Below, one piece after another: positions 8,805 through 21,100 of a stretch of DNA of 64,000 nt. The position numbers and the translations under genes are program-made. The notes under the pieces are model-generated. The model searched no databases. It was not told where the DNA came from and was given only the letters and a program-made list of their open reading frames with translations. The stretch is from Methanomassiliicoccaceae archaeon (GTDB lineage: Archaea > Thermoplasmatota > Thermoplasmata > Methanomassiliicoccales > UBA472): the NCBI GenBank assembly GCA_963827905.1, contig CAWHCB010000001.1, positions 52,963-116,962 on the forward strand. Direction: 5' to 3'. The number at the start of each line of letters is the position of its first letter. The stretch's first letter is position 1.

Positions 8805-10451
8805 ATGGCCGATGAGTCAGAGTTTTTTCTCATCATAGATAATGTTTCCAAGAGCTTCAACGGCGAGGTGGTCTTGAGGGACATCACCGCCACGCTGAAA
8901 CCGGGAGAGTCTTGGGACTTATCGGCCGAAGCGGCGCTGGAAAATCCGTCCTGATCCACATCCTGCGCGGAACCCAGGAGTACAAGCCAGACAAGGGCAA
9001 GATCATCTATCGTGTCAACTATTGCGAGAAATGCAAGCGGGTGGAGATGCCCAAGAAGGGGGAGCCCTGCAAGAAGTGCGGGGGCAAGACCTCTCTACAG
9101 GAGGTCGATTTCTGGGGTTTGAACGAGAGGGACCCTTTGAGCATGGCCATGCGCGACCGCATCGCCATCATGTTGCAGCGCACCTTCGCCCTCTTCGGCG
9201 AATCGAGCGTCATCGAGAACATCTTCGAGGCCTTGGGGCCGATGAACGAGAAGCAAAGGGTGGAAAAGGCCCTGGCCTTGCTCAAGGCGGTTGGTCTGGA
9301 GCACCGCACCATGCACATCGCCCGAGACCTTTCCGGGGGCGAGAAGCAGCGTTGCGTCCTGGCCCGCCAGTTGGCCAAGGAACCCTTGATGTTCCTCGCG
9401 GACGAACCGACCGGCACACTGGACCCCAGCACCGCGGACATGGTGCATCGGGCCCTGGTGGAATCGGTGAAGAACAAGGGCATGGCCATGGTGGTCTCCT
9501 CCCACTGGCCCAAGGCCATCAACCGTCTGTCGGACAAGGCCATGTGGTTGGAGTCCGGGGAGGTGGTCAAGCTAGGGGACCCCCAGGACGTCACAAAGGA
9601 GTTCGAGGTCTGTTTCCAAAAGACCGAGGACATGATGGGCGTCGAGGTCGGGCAACCCGGTGGTCAAGGTCGACAACGCCAAGAAGTACTTCTATTCGAT
9701 CGTGCGCGGCGTGGTCAAGGCCGTGGACGATGTCACCTTCGAGGTCAAGGAAAGAGAGATATTCGGACTGGTCGGTCTCAGCGGAGCAGGAAAGACCACC
9801 GTCTCCCGCATGATCGCAGGCATCACCCCGGCCACCGGCGGTTCGGTGATGGTGCGCATCGGGGATGACTGGATCAACATGTCCGAGATGGGCGAGTTCG
9901 GCAGGGGTCGGGCCACACCCTATATCGGATTACTGCACCAGGAGTATTCGCTGTACCCGTTCAACACCGTGCTGCAGAACCTGACCATCTGCATCGGCAT
10001 GAAGCTGCCGGCAGAGCTGGCCAAGATCAAGGCCATCCAGGTCCTGGCATCGGTCGGTTTCACAACCAGGGAGATAGAGCGGATCCTTTACGCCATGCCG
10101 GACAATCTGAGCGTGGGCGAGAAGCAAAGGGTGGCCTTGGCCCGCGTGCTCATCGAGGAGCCGAGATTGGTCATATTGGACGAGCCTACCGGCACCATGG
10201 ACCCCATAACCAAGAACTCGGTCGCCAAATCGGTCCTCATCGCTAGGAAGGAGATAGGGGAGACCTTCCTGATCGTATCGCACGATATGGACTTCGTCCT
10301 GGACTGCTGCGACCGGGTGGTGATGATGAAAGGGGGGAAGATCGTCGCCATCGGCGACCCGAAGGAGATCGTCACCTCCATGACCGAGGGCGAGCTTGCC
10401 GAGTTCACATCCTGCGATCAGACGAGCGGTGACGCTGAGGTGTCTAAGTGA
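8805..10451 (+). CDS. atwA: Methyl-coenzyme M reductase system component A2 (double ABC-ATPase); frame broken near 8909 and near 9655
   Basis: [36 protein letters not shown] continues after a shift as [14 protein letters not shown] (Walker A 1), a [10 protein letters not shown]...CKKCGG zinc-ribbon insert and [13 protein letters not shown]. After a second shift it continues as [10 protein letters not shown]...[12 protein letters not shown] (Walker A 2) and [13 protein letters not shown]. The two ABC modules plus the Zn insert are the A2 architecture. Confidence 0.9.
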
Positions 10452-11053
10452 GCCCACAGAGCATCGGGCGGAAGACCCGCTTCGTCGAGTGCCGGGAGGC
10501 GAGAGGCATGGGGGTGGGAGGTTCTTTGGCACAGCGTGCCACCATTTCCGAGAGCGGGAGGCAGGTGGTGGCGGTGGCGATGGGACCAGGAAAGCGTCAC
10601 ATCACCAAGCCGGTCTGCGAGATCACCTATGAACTCAGGGAGCAGGGCATCGAGACCTCGGTCATAGTCATCAATGCCGGATCGGGGGTCCCAGCGGACG
10701 CGCCGGATGCCGTGACCAGTTCGCAATTCGGTCTGGACCAGATCGAGATCGATCGTATCCAGCAGTTCAAGGTGGCCTTGATCCACCTGGGCAATGTAAA
10801 GAACCATATCGTCTACAAGGCACGCCTCATCCTGCGCAACGTCGACATGCCCGCGGTCATCGTCTGCCAGGCCCCGGTCGATTTCGAGGATTTCGCCCGT
10901 GTCGGGGTGAAGACCCGGGTGGTCATGCCGATAAAGGAGAACATCGGCACCAAGGGCACCATCATGGAGATCATCAATGGAGTGGTCCGAGGCCAGACCA
11001 TATCCCAGGCCAAGCTGGACGAGATCGTCTCGAAGATCAAGAAATGGAGCTGA
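10448..11053 (+). CDS. mcrC: Methyl-coenzyme M reductase operon protein C
   Basis: 201-aa ORF whose GTG start overlaps the atwA stop (GTGA). [54 protein letters not shown] match McrC closely from memory. Confidence 0.9.
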   Translation: MSPQSIGRKTRFVECREARGMGVGGSLAQRATISESGRQVVAVAMGPGKRHITKPVCEITYELREQGIETSVIVINAGSGVPADAPDAVTSSQFGLDQIEIDRIQQFKVALIHLGNVKNHIVYKARLILRNVDMPAVIVCQAPVDFEDFARVGVKTRVVMPIKENIGTKGTIMEIINGVVRGQTISQAKLDEIVSKIKKWS

Positions 11054-11185
11054 TGTCGCCCCTTCTCCTCAATCCTTCTTCATGCAGGAGGGAGGATCTG
11101 GACGAAATCGCTGCGATCGCTATCCAATTAGAATCTGTTGGAATGGGGACATCATTATTTATCCAGCACGCCGTTCCTGCGTCGG

Positions 11186-13202
11186 ATGAAGGGTCCGGCC
11201 CTCGAGCTTCTTTATGTCGATGACGAAACGCTCCTCCTAGAGCTAATCAAGGACGTCCTGGAATCGAACGACCAGGTACATGTGGACACCTTCCCTAGCG
11301 TCAAGGAGGCGGAGCTGGCGCTGAAGAGCAATCGCTACGACGCCATAATCTCCGACTACCAGATGCCGGAGATCGATGGTATAACCTTCCTCAAACGTCT
11401 TCGCACGGCCGGCAACGACATGCCCGTTCGTGCTGTTCACCGGGCGAGGCAGGGAGGAGGTGGTCATCGAGGCCCTCAACGAAGGGGCGGATTTCTATCT
11501 CCAGAAAGGCCCGGACGTCAAGGACATGACCTTCGAGCTCATGCACAAGGTGAGGGTGGCGGTAGAGCGTAAGAGCTCGCAGCGGGTGCTCAGGGAGAGC
11601 GAGAGGACCGCCTGGACCTTGTTGAACGTGGGCGAGAGCCCAAGCCTTCTCTTCGACCGCGACGGTAGGATCATCGCCGCCAATCAGTTCATGGCCGACC
11701 TCATGAGCTGCCCCCCGGAGAAGATGGTGGGACGGAGCGCCTTGGACGTTATCTCCCCCGGTTCTCTGGAGAGGGCCTCCCATCTGGTGGAACGGGTGGC
11801 CAGGACCAGGAAGGCCATCACCTTCGTGGGCGAGAGCTACCTGAAACATTTCGAATTCACCCTCTATCCTGTCATCGAAGCGGAGGACGAGGTAAAGCGA
11901 CTGGCATTGGTGTCCTATGACACCTCGACCCACATGCGTACCGAGACTGAGCTAAGAAAGAGATTGGCCATGGAGGAACTGGTCTCCGAGGTGACCTCAT
12001 CCCTGCTCCTCGCATCCACCGCTGAACTGGGCGATCGGATCGTGGACACATTGGTATCCGTGGGCCATGCGATGGAATTGGACGCACTGACAATATTCAA
12101 TTTCGACGGCGAGGCCCTGGTGCACCGTTACGGCGTGTCGATGCTGGAAGGAAAGGACCCTCGCACCGACGAGATAAGGGAGTGGCAATGGCCCTGGTCC
12201 TTTGCGAGAATGCGCTCCGGCAACATGATCGGTATCGATGATGTGCAGGACCTTCCCAATGAGGCCTGGAGCGACCAGGAGCATTATCAGAGCTCCCATT
12301 ATAGCGCCCTGTTGTTGGTACCGATGTCCGTCGGAGGGGCGTTCACCGGATGCCTCATGCTCGGCATGGTCCGGGGGACGAGACGTTGGTCCGATGAGGA
12401 CCAAAGATTGGCAAGGGTGCTGGGGAACATCTATGCGAGCACGCTCTCGCGGCGCCGGGCGGAGGAAGAGCTATCCGAGACGAGCAGGCGCCTGTTGGAG
12501 GCGCAAGGTGGCCCGGTCGAGACTGGGACGACTGAGAATCTGGTTGAGGCGGCATTGCGCACCGCCAACCGAAAGCTCACCCTGCTCAGCAGCATCACCA
12601 GGCATGACATCCTCAATCAGGTCAGCGTCCTAGCCGGATACTTGGAATTGACGCGAATGGCCAACCGAAACCCAGACCTCGGGCAGAACCTGGACCGGAT
12701 GGAGATCGCGATAAAGAGGGTCCAGGAGAGCATATCGTTCACCAAGGAATATGAGCAGCTTGGGGCACTGGGGCCTAGCTGGCAATCGTTGGAAAAGGTG
12801 GTAAGGGACTCCAGTGTCGGATTGGAGCTGAAAGGGATCGAGCTCGTCAGCGATGTGAAAGGTTTCGAGGTTTTCGCAGATAAAATGCTCGATCGGGTCT
12901 TCATGAACCTCATCGACAACAGCATGAGGCACGGGGAAGGGGTCAAGCACATCAAGGTCTGTGGCGAAGAGAAGGGAGATGAGCTCAGCATCATCTACGA
13001 GGACGATGGTGCTGGGATTTCTCAGGACATGAGGGGGAAGTTGTTCCGGCGGGGCGCCGGCAGGAACACAGGCTTCGGGCTCTTCCTGTGCAAGGAGATA
13101 CTAGACCTGACCCGGATCACGATAACCGAGATAGGTGAGCCAGGTGAGGGGGCCAAGTTCCTCATGAAGGTACCTAAGGGCATTTATCGTTACACGAAAT
13201 AA
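11186..13202 (+). CDS. Hybrid response regulator - PAS - GAF - histidine kinase; one frame break near 11425
   Basis: REC domain (LLYVDDE..., AIISDYQMPEIDG, then after the shift VLFTGRGREEVVIEALNEGADFYLQK). Then a PAS segment, a GAF-like segment, an H-box (ITRHDILNQV) and HATPase_c (NLIDNSMRHGEG, DDGAGIS, GFGLFLCKEI). Confidence 0.8.
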
Positions 13203-13618
13203 TAATTGGTATCACTGGCCAATTCTTATTTTCATTTTTGATAATTAGATAAAAGGAGGTTTTATAAAGAGGTAAACGGTTATTAACTCGTCTCCGGGCG
13301 AGTGAAAGGACGTTCAAGGTGTTTGGCAGCTTTCTTGAATAGTCTTCTCCTCCCCCCAATTTTTTTCCGAAGGTTCGTAATTGTTATTATTATCAATAAA
13401 TAAAATAGCTGGGTTATATTTTGTGTAAATAATAAAACTAGGGCCCAGACGTTTATAAAACGATACTGGCCTCTGTTTTTTATCTTGTTAAATAATATCT
13501 AAATGGAGATTATTATATATCGAGAGCATGATTCACTTCTCGAGCAGGTCGTCTGGCATGGCTTTTTAATGGTTGTAAAAAGTGAGCCTAGTCACCACGA
13601 CCTCGGGGAGGAAAGGAA

Positions 13619-16600
13619 ATGGACAAGAAAGCTGCCATCAAAGCATATGCTATCGTAGCGATATTGTTGGTCAGCGTTTCTGGAGTCGCATTGGCCCCCT
13701 TCTTGGCGTCTGCTGTCTACAGCAACCCGAGCGGGGACAATAATTCCGTAACGACAGAATGCTTCGATCGCCAGGGCACATCACTATCTGCCTGCAAGGA
13801 CCGCCACTGGCTATTATGAGCAAAACGTCAGTTACAACTGGGGCATCGAAAAGTCGGTGATCCAGGACAAGGCCGAGATCGACGAAGGAAAAACTGCAAT
13901 CATTCCAATATACGCTTACGATCACTCGCGATGAATCGAACGAAAAGAAGTACGGTGTGCGCGGATACATCTGGGTTAAGAACATCGGAGAGCACGACAC
14001 CGTTAAGCTGAAGATCGTTGACTGGGTGCAGACCAAGAAGGCAGGTGAATGGAGCCTACAAGAACTATGTAATGGTCGATGTCGACACCAGCGCCAAGCC
14101 GGTCCTCCAGCCCGGTGAGGAGTACAAGTACTACTATGATATCCAATTCACCCCAGTGCAGGGCGCATTATACCGTAACTCTGCATTGGTAACGATCGAA
14201 AACCATGGGAACAACATGGGTTGCCCGACCGGCCCGAACCCGAAGGCCGACTTCCAGCTGCCCGCGTCCCCAAGCACCACCTATTGGGACGAGACCGCCA
14301 CCATAGTTGACGACCTCGTCGTTCCAGCCCATTACAAGCTGGTATCCAATGACGCCCCGGCGAAGTGGAACATGAACGGACCTGGTGTGTTGAAGTTCAA
14401 CGTCACCATCCAGAACTTCGACGCCACCCCTGGTGACGTCGCTTACATGGACAACGTGGCCAAGCTGACCGAGGGTGATTCCAAGGTCTGCCGCGAGGAC
14501 AACGCCCGCGTCACCCTCACCGGTGGCGACGAGTACATCCCACCTGTCCCCAAGATATCCGTTGACAAGGAGAGCGATGGATGCGTCATGCCCGGTGAGG
14601 TCATCACCTGGACGATTACCATCAAGAACACTGGCAATGTCGATTTGGACACGGTCTATGTGGAAGACTACTTGATCGATTTCAAGGACACGATAAGTCT
14701 ACCCGTTGGAGGACAGATGGTTTACACCAAGACATACCAGGTGCCCCTGTCCTACACTGGTAAGTACGTCGTGAACGTTGTGAATGTTACCGCTGAGCTG
14801 GAGGAAGATGACCTGTTCGTTCAGGACTCCGACAGCGTGCCGGTATGCTACCCACGCCTCACCGTTGAGAAGGTGGCGATGATGGACATGACCGCTCCAG
14901 GGCACTATGCCAACTGGACAATCTATGTGAACAACACCGGCGATGTCGACATGAAGAATGTCGCCGTGTATGATAGTATGTTCGCTCAAAGCCCGATGTA
15001 CGTCGATGTGATGGCGGGCCAGAGCGTCATGATCCACGTCAGCACCACCATTCCAGCGGACAGCAAGCTGAACGAGATCTGCAACACCGTCGAAGTCAAG
15101 TGGTCCTATTCGATCCCTGACGGGGACGGAAAGAAAGACATAGTGTTGGACGACAAAGCCTCCAGCTGCATACCAGTCATTCGCCCCTCGATCGAGATTA
15201 CCAAAGTGGCGAACATGACCTGGGCCTGTGTTGGTGACGAAATCGGATACACGATTGTTGTAACGAACACCGGTAACTATGATCTCAAGGGCATCGTTTT
15301 GTCTGACGAGATGCTACACATCTATGAGACCTTCGGGTTGAGCCCTGGAATGTCAAAGACATTCACTGACTCCTACATAGTGGAGCAGGGCGACAAGAAG
15401 ATCGAGAACAACGCCAGTGTCTTCGTCGATGTGTTCAATGACAAGCACTGCGTACTAGAGGACTATGCCATTGCATGCGTGAACGTTGGGTACCCCGCCG
15501 TTGACGTCTACAAGGTCGGTCCGTCCCAAGCCCTATACCCTGGTGACAAGTTCACCTACACCATCTACGTCAAGAACATCGGCAACGTGCCTCTGGAGGA
15601 CGTGAAGGTGGTCGACAGCCTTATCGGTCTGGACATCCAGGTCGACCTGGCCGTCGGTGAGAACAAGTCCATCAGTGTGCCCTGGGAGATCCCAGCCAAT
15701 TTCATGGGTGACAAATACTGCAACAAGGTATTCGTCGAGGGCTCCTGGTGCCATTGCGCCGTGAAGGACACCTCTGAGTGGTGCATCGATGTGCTGCACA
15801 TGCCGGGCCAACCCTGCATCAGCATAGAGAAGCACGGACCATGCCGCGCCATGGCCGGTGAGACCGTACCATACTTCATCGTCGTCAAGAACACCGGTGG
15901 TGTCCCTCTGAACAACGTGAATGTCAGCGATGACATCGGTGCCGACGGCATCGATGTGAAGTGGTTCTACTACGATGGCATCTTGATGCCTGGCGCATAT
16001 TGGAACATCACCACATCCGCCACCATCCCGATGGACTTCAAGGGACCATACTTCGTGAACGTGGTCGAGGTAAACGGCCAATATGATGGAAAGAACGTCT
16101 GGTGCATCGACTCCCATGCGATCGATATCATCCACCCGTCCTTCACCATCGTGAAGTCCGCCCCGAAGCTATCCGCTCTGGGCCATGACATAACCTACAC
16201 CCTCTGGGTCAACAACACCGGTGATGTGGACCTGATCAACATCGTCATCACCGATGAGAAGGCCCCTATGGGTCAGTTCAAAATCGATTACTTGGCCATG
16301 GGCGCTTCCGCCGAACTGACATACATGTGGAACGTGCCGATGAACTATCAGCCTGATGAGGTCTGCAACGACGCTTGCGGCTCCGCGTTCCCTGGCCCGT
16401 CCGCCTACTGGTGCGGATGCGGTGAGAGCTGCCCCTGGTTCGAAAAGACGAACTTCGGGCGCGAGGTGAAGGCCGAGTCAAACAAGGTTTGCACCTTCAT
16501 CGTGAAGCCTGGCATCGATGTGGAGAAGACCGGACCTGAGATGGCCAAGATCGGAGAGACCATCCAGTACAACATAACCGTGAAGAACACGGGTAACTAC

Positions 16601-18505
16601 AAGATCGAGAACGTCACAGTATCCGACCCGTTGATCAACTTCAAGCAGAAGGTAAGTCTCGCCTCCGGCGAGTCAACCTACTTCTTGGTCAACTGGTTAG
16701 TGACCGAGGACTGGGTCACGCAGAACATCAGACAAAAAATTCAACGTCTGCAACCTGGTCAACGCCACTGGCGACACGTTCGACGACAAGCACTGCATGG
16801 TCTATGACGAGGACGTCCATTGCGTCTTCATCGGAGCCCCGAGCATTGAAATCATAAAGAAGGGCCCGGCTGAAGCGTTCCCCGGTGAGGTCATCGAGTT
16901 CAACTTCACCGTGACCAACAACGGCAACTTGCCGCTGTTCAATGTGAACGTCACCGACGCGTTGCTCGGTGCCGACTGGTACCACTACATCGGCAAAATG
17001 TCCGTTGGAGCGGTGGTCCAGTTCAACGCCAGCTACACGATCCCAAAACCGTTCGAGGGCAACTCCTTCAAGAACGTGGCGATCGTGACCGGCGATGATG
17101 TCACCGACACCACCGTGAACGACACCGACAACACCACCGTGTTCGTGGCCAAGCCCGGCATAGAGGTCTACAAAGGCTGGGACTTCCCCATGACCGCGGT
17201 TGGGACACTGGGTAAACTGGACCATCCAGGTGAAGAACACTGGCAATGTGAACCTGACCGGCGTGGTCATCGATGACCCGCTGACCAAGGAGAGCTGGAC
17301 CGTGGAGTTCCTCGAAATCGGCGAGTCCAAGTATTTCACCGCCCATTATCAGGTGACCATGGACAGCCCATGGGACAAGACCTACATGCTCTGCAACATT
17401 GTGTTCGCTGAGGGATACTACAAGACCGTCAAGGTCTCCGACAGCGACCAGGATTGCGTGTTCGTGGCCTTGCCCAGCTTCGAGGTTACCAAGACCGGCC
17501 CAGAGTACGTCTGCTACGGTGACGACATCGTATGGACCATCACCGTGAGGAACACCGGTAACGTCGACCTGAAGAACGTGACCATCACTGACCCGTTGAC
17601 GGGCAATGAGTGGGAGAAGGTCTGCATCGAGGTTGAAAAGGTATGGTCTAAGACCGTCTCTTACGACACCGATGGAACCGAATCCGACAGGATCGCTGTC
17701 CCAAGCGACACGGTCTGCAACACCGTCTACGTGGTTGCTGACACGTTCGACGACGGGCACTGCATCTTGGAGGGTAATGCCCAGAGCTGCGTCTTCGTGG
17801 CGAAGCCCGATGTCGAGGTCGAGAAGTCTGGACCAAGGGTCGCCGTTGGTGGCGAGAAGATCACCTACACCATCACCATCAAGAACGTCGGCAATGTGGA
17901 CCTCAACGTCCACGTACAGGATGTCTTGCTGAAGGTGGATGAGACGGTCTTCGTGGCCAAGGGCGCCACCGTGGTCAAGACCTACGATTACTGCGTGCCA
18001 CTGTGCAACGCTGGGTCCGTGATCTACAACACCGTCATACGTCAACGGTACCTGGACCGTGTGCAACAAGTGCTACGACCTGGACGAGGCGACTTGGAAC
18101 GTCGAGATCCTGGACCGATCGATCAAGATCCTGAAGACCGGTCCGGAGAGCGCCAAGGTCGGCGAGACCATCACCTTCACCTTCAATGTGTGGAATGATG
18201 GCGATGTCGCCCTGGAGAACGTCTACGTCTATGACCCACTCTTCGAGAAGTTCGTATGCAGCACACCGGTTCTACCTGGCGAGTGATGAAGAACGAGGAG
18301 AACGATGTCCTGGATGTCGGTGAGCACTGGGTGTTCTCTGTCCAGTTCACCATACCGGCGGATTACCTGTATGGGTGCCTCCTGTGGTGAGCTGAACAAC
18401 TACGCCTGCGCGCACGGCTCCTACAATGGTGTCTCGACCACTTGGGGCGATGGATGGGCGGTCTATGTCTATGACCCCACCTGCCAGCCCCCAGTTCCGG
18501 TATGA
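13619..18505 (+). pseudogene. Giant surface/adhesin-like protein with DUF11-type repeats (about 1,600 codons); at least 8 frame breaks
   Basis: GGGGAGGA Shine-Dalgarno plus an N-terminal signal/anchor (MDKKAAIKAYAIVAILLVSVSGVALA). After that come about 12 repeats of the pattern P.I.I.K.GP....GE.I.Y.I.VKNTGNV.L..V.V.D. Coding sequence hops frames near 13800, 13915, 14040, 16740-16800, 17200-17270, 18050, 18265 and 18385. The end, ...GDGWAVYVYDPTCQPPVPV*, is followed by a terminator hairpin. Confidence 0.75.
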
Positions 18506-18526
18506 AGGGACTAAACACTAACAAAC

Positions 18527-18573
18527 GGAAGGGCCTCGCGCCCTTCCCATTTCCTCTATTTTTTATTTTTTTA
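18527..18573 (+). terminator. Hairpin plus T-tracts terminator after the + strand surface-protein gene
   Basis: Perfect 8-bp stem GGAAGGGC/GCCCTTCC (18527-18534 / 18540-18547) with a 5-nt loop, followed by TATTTTTTATTTTTTT. Confidence 0.55.
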
Positions 18574-18801
18574 AAAGACAGACCGGGTCATCTCGACACT
18601 ATCCTTTTCATAATTTATCCGAGCGATCAAGACAGAAGGCCACATCTTCCTAGGATACTCGATGGGGAGCAGATTCCCTGGGTCTCAAGATCAAAGGCGT
18701 TACCTCAAGGGTTTGCGATAGGGATGACCATTCAAGGAGGTTTATGGAATAATGTTCCAATTGCGAAAATAGAAAGGAGGGCTATGACTGGAAGTTTGGA
18801 G

Positions 18802-20080
18802 TCAATCATGATCGAACAATCTATCGATGTCCTTCTTATCGGTCCCATAGGAGCAGAATCCGATGCTCAGCGTGAACCGCCCTTGGTAACTGCTCAATCC
18901 GATGATGAGCATAGGTGGGAAAGCGAGAGGCACGGTCAAGTAGCAATCGCTAGGGACGATCTCACCGAAGTGCAATCTCCCAGCCTCAAGAACGCCCACA
19001 TTAGAGAACAATGGGGGCAAAGACCTTCTCTTGACCATTTCCTCATAGCTTTCCTCGACCTTCGTCTTCGTCAGTCCGAATGGTAAAAGGCCATAGGTCA
19101 TTTCGATGTAAGGGACGCTCACCAAGGCCGAATCGTTCTGCTTCTGTGTGTCCATGAATTGGTGGACCTTCAATAGGAACCTCTCATGGTCCGATGCATC
19201 ATCCACTGAAAAGCGAGGGAAAACGCCCCACCGAGGTTGGCCACTTTCTGTCCTGCCTCAGGAGCGAAACGCCTCAGGTCGACCGCCACTTGGATAGGAA
19301 CCGGAACCCCCTGTTTCGGTCTTATGATCTCAAAAAGCGACTCGAAAAGCACGGCCAAGAAAAGGTCGTTGACCGTCACCTTATTGGAATGGCAATGGTC
19401 GAATATGGACTTAGAACGGTCGGAATCGAACCTCTTAAGCAACATCCGTCTGTTTTTCGTCTCTCTGCTGGTGAAGGGAAGGCACCATTGACTGGTTGGC
19501 CTCTACCGGCTTTCTTATCGCTTTCAGGGCTGTGCGGCGCATTCTCCATCGTTTGCTCAGGTTCAATCTTTCTCCAGATAGGCCTCATGGATCGATCCTG
19601 GGGTCGCTTCGAAGGTCCGGACGGCGTCTCATTCCGCAGCAACCGGTCGTACGCCTCGGACAGATGGTAAGCGATCTCCTTGGCCCCGATCCCGTCACAG
19701 ACGACATGATTGACCTTCAGAGCGAGGATGTCGTCCTTTCCACGGAACAGTCTGACCTGAATCAACGGGTCGGCCCCAGGGTCAGATGGCGTGGTGAGGA
19801 AAACGCCCAGCTCCTCCTGAGGGTCCGTTGATTCGACCAACATGAACAACGGCAATGAATCCAAGTTCTGTCTGGTCCTCCAACCCGGTCTAGGCATCTC
19901 GACCCATCTCCAACCCAGTTCCGGTTCGGAGAGCAAGATGTGCCTCACCGCCCTTTCCAGGACCTTCTCGTCCAACCTAGCCTGGAATTCCATGACGACA
20001 TGTAGCTGCTGGTCGCAAACATGTCGCAATATGGCGTTCATCCGGTCCTGAGGCGTGGCAGGGAAACGGGCTGCTCTCAT
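18802..20080 (-). CDS. Condensation-domain / WS-DGAT-like acyltransferase (HxxxDG motif); frame broken near 19445 and near 19205
   Basis: LKVNHVVCDGIGAKE carries the HxxxDG catalytic motif. Three consecutive fragments (19376..20080, 19170..19445, 18802..19206) read through as one protein of about 425 aa. GC is visibly lower than in the flanks. Confidence 0.6.
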
Positions 20081-20148
20081 CCACTGGCCCGATAAGCCCT
20101 GGACGATAAAATACTATCAAGGGAAAATTCACCGCTCTGAGGAAGGTC

Positions 20149-20334
20149 TCACTCGGACAGCAACGTCCTTACCTTGATCGAGCCGGTCTGATACCAGACC
20201 TGGAAGGAGTTCATATCCCAGGCCGGGGATATGCCAAGGACCTCGGAGTGATAGATGAGGATGTAGCTGGTTATCAGCAAGGCCACAGCTGCAGATGAGC
20301 CAAGACCTACCTTGATCAACAGTTTGCTTGCCAC
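20149..20334 (-). CDS. Small single-pass membrane protein (hypothetical)
   Basis: 61-codon ORF with a GTG start preceded by GGGGGAGGAT 4 nt upstream and a hydrophobic stretch GLGSSAAVALLITSYILIY. The call rests on the Shine-Dalgarno and the hydrophobicity only. Confidence 0.4.
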   Translation of the reverse strand: MASKLLIKVGLGSSAAVALLITSYILIYHSEVLGISPAWDMNSFQVWYQTGSIKVRTLLSE

Positions 20335-20468
20335 GACATCCTCCCCCTAGCGCATGACCGATGTCAATTGCGTTAAATTAATAATAATTGGTCCTAACAT
20401 AAAAGGCTTTGCAACAACTACGGCTTGCGATCACGACCAAATCATCATTCATTTTGGTAAAGCCCCCG

Positions 20469-21050
20469 TCAGTCCTCGCCCTCGATGTTGAACCCTACCA
20501 GGTGCGTCCAATGCTTGGTCTTGGAATATCCAAGCCGTTCCCTGACCATATCGTCCGCCAGGGTGGAGATGGAACCAGAGGTCACTTCCTTGACACCCGG
20601 GATGTCATCGAGGAATTGGAATGGGATGGGAGGGAGCACGAAGTATGGCTCCCCTTTCGGGACCACGTTCAGGTAGAAGATGAAGTCCTCGCTCAGGAAA
20701 CATACATCGTCCCGGTCCTGCATCTCCCCACGGCGCGACGGGGTTAGGTACTCACCGACTATCTGCCCCTCCTGGTCCGCGATGTAGACCACATCCCTGG
20801 TCGGCGATAGGATCATCATCGATGAGTCGACCACCAGCACGAAACCGTGCCTCCGGTCCAATGCCTTCCAGACTCCCGTGTTGACGAAAGGCATGAGCCC
20901 TCCGCAGGCACCGTTGTCCTCGGCCGATCGCTCCAGGGCGATGAGGTCGTCCTTGAACCCCTTATCAAGGTAACGGAAATCGATCACGCCTGGAAGCTCC
21001 CGAGACCTTTGTTCCACTGCCCTGAGCACCTTGTCACGGTCCAAGGTCAT
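20469..21050 (-). CDS. Uncharacterised protein, paralog B (paralog A at 5713..6306)
   Basis: 193-aa ORF. Its C-terminal half (DDVCFLSEDFIFYLN...YFVLPPIPFQFLDDIPGV...HLVGFNIEGED) aligns with paralog A. Confidence 0.7.
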   Translation of the reverse strand: MTLDRDKVLRAVEQRSRELPGVIDFRYLDKGFKDDLIALERSAEDNGACGGLMPFVNTGVWKALDRRHGFVLVVDSSMMILSPTRDVVYIADQEGQIVGEYLTPSRRGEMQDRDDVCFLSEDFIFYLNVVPKGEPYFVLPPIPFQFLDDIPGVKEVTSGSISTLADDMVRERLGYSKTKHWTHLVGFNIEGED

Positions 21051-21100
21051 CCTCCCTTACTGTCCATCGAGCCGAAGGTCGCCGGGTCACCACGGACCTT

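Noticed and set aside
8912-10451. Two separate overlapping ABC-ATPase genes (8912..9868 and 9660..10451)
   Set aside because: Together with the 8805-8911 fragment they form one two-module A2 (AtwA) protein. The overlap is produced by frame breaks, and the out-of-frame tails are Arg/Gly-rich nonsense.
18502-19086. 194-aa + strand ORF downstream of the surface-protein gene
   Set aside because: It starts inside the terminator region and is antisense to the better-supported acyltransferase fragments. Its sequence is low-complexity with no motifs.
18580-20400. A mobile element or integrase associated with the lower-GC islet
   Set aside because: I could see no integrase, transposase, terminal inverted repeats, flanking direct repeats or adjacent tRNA. 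Only the compositional shift remains.
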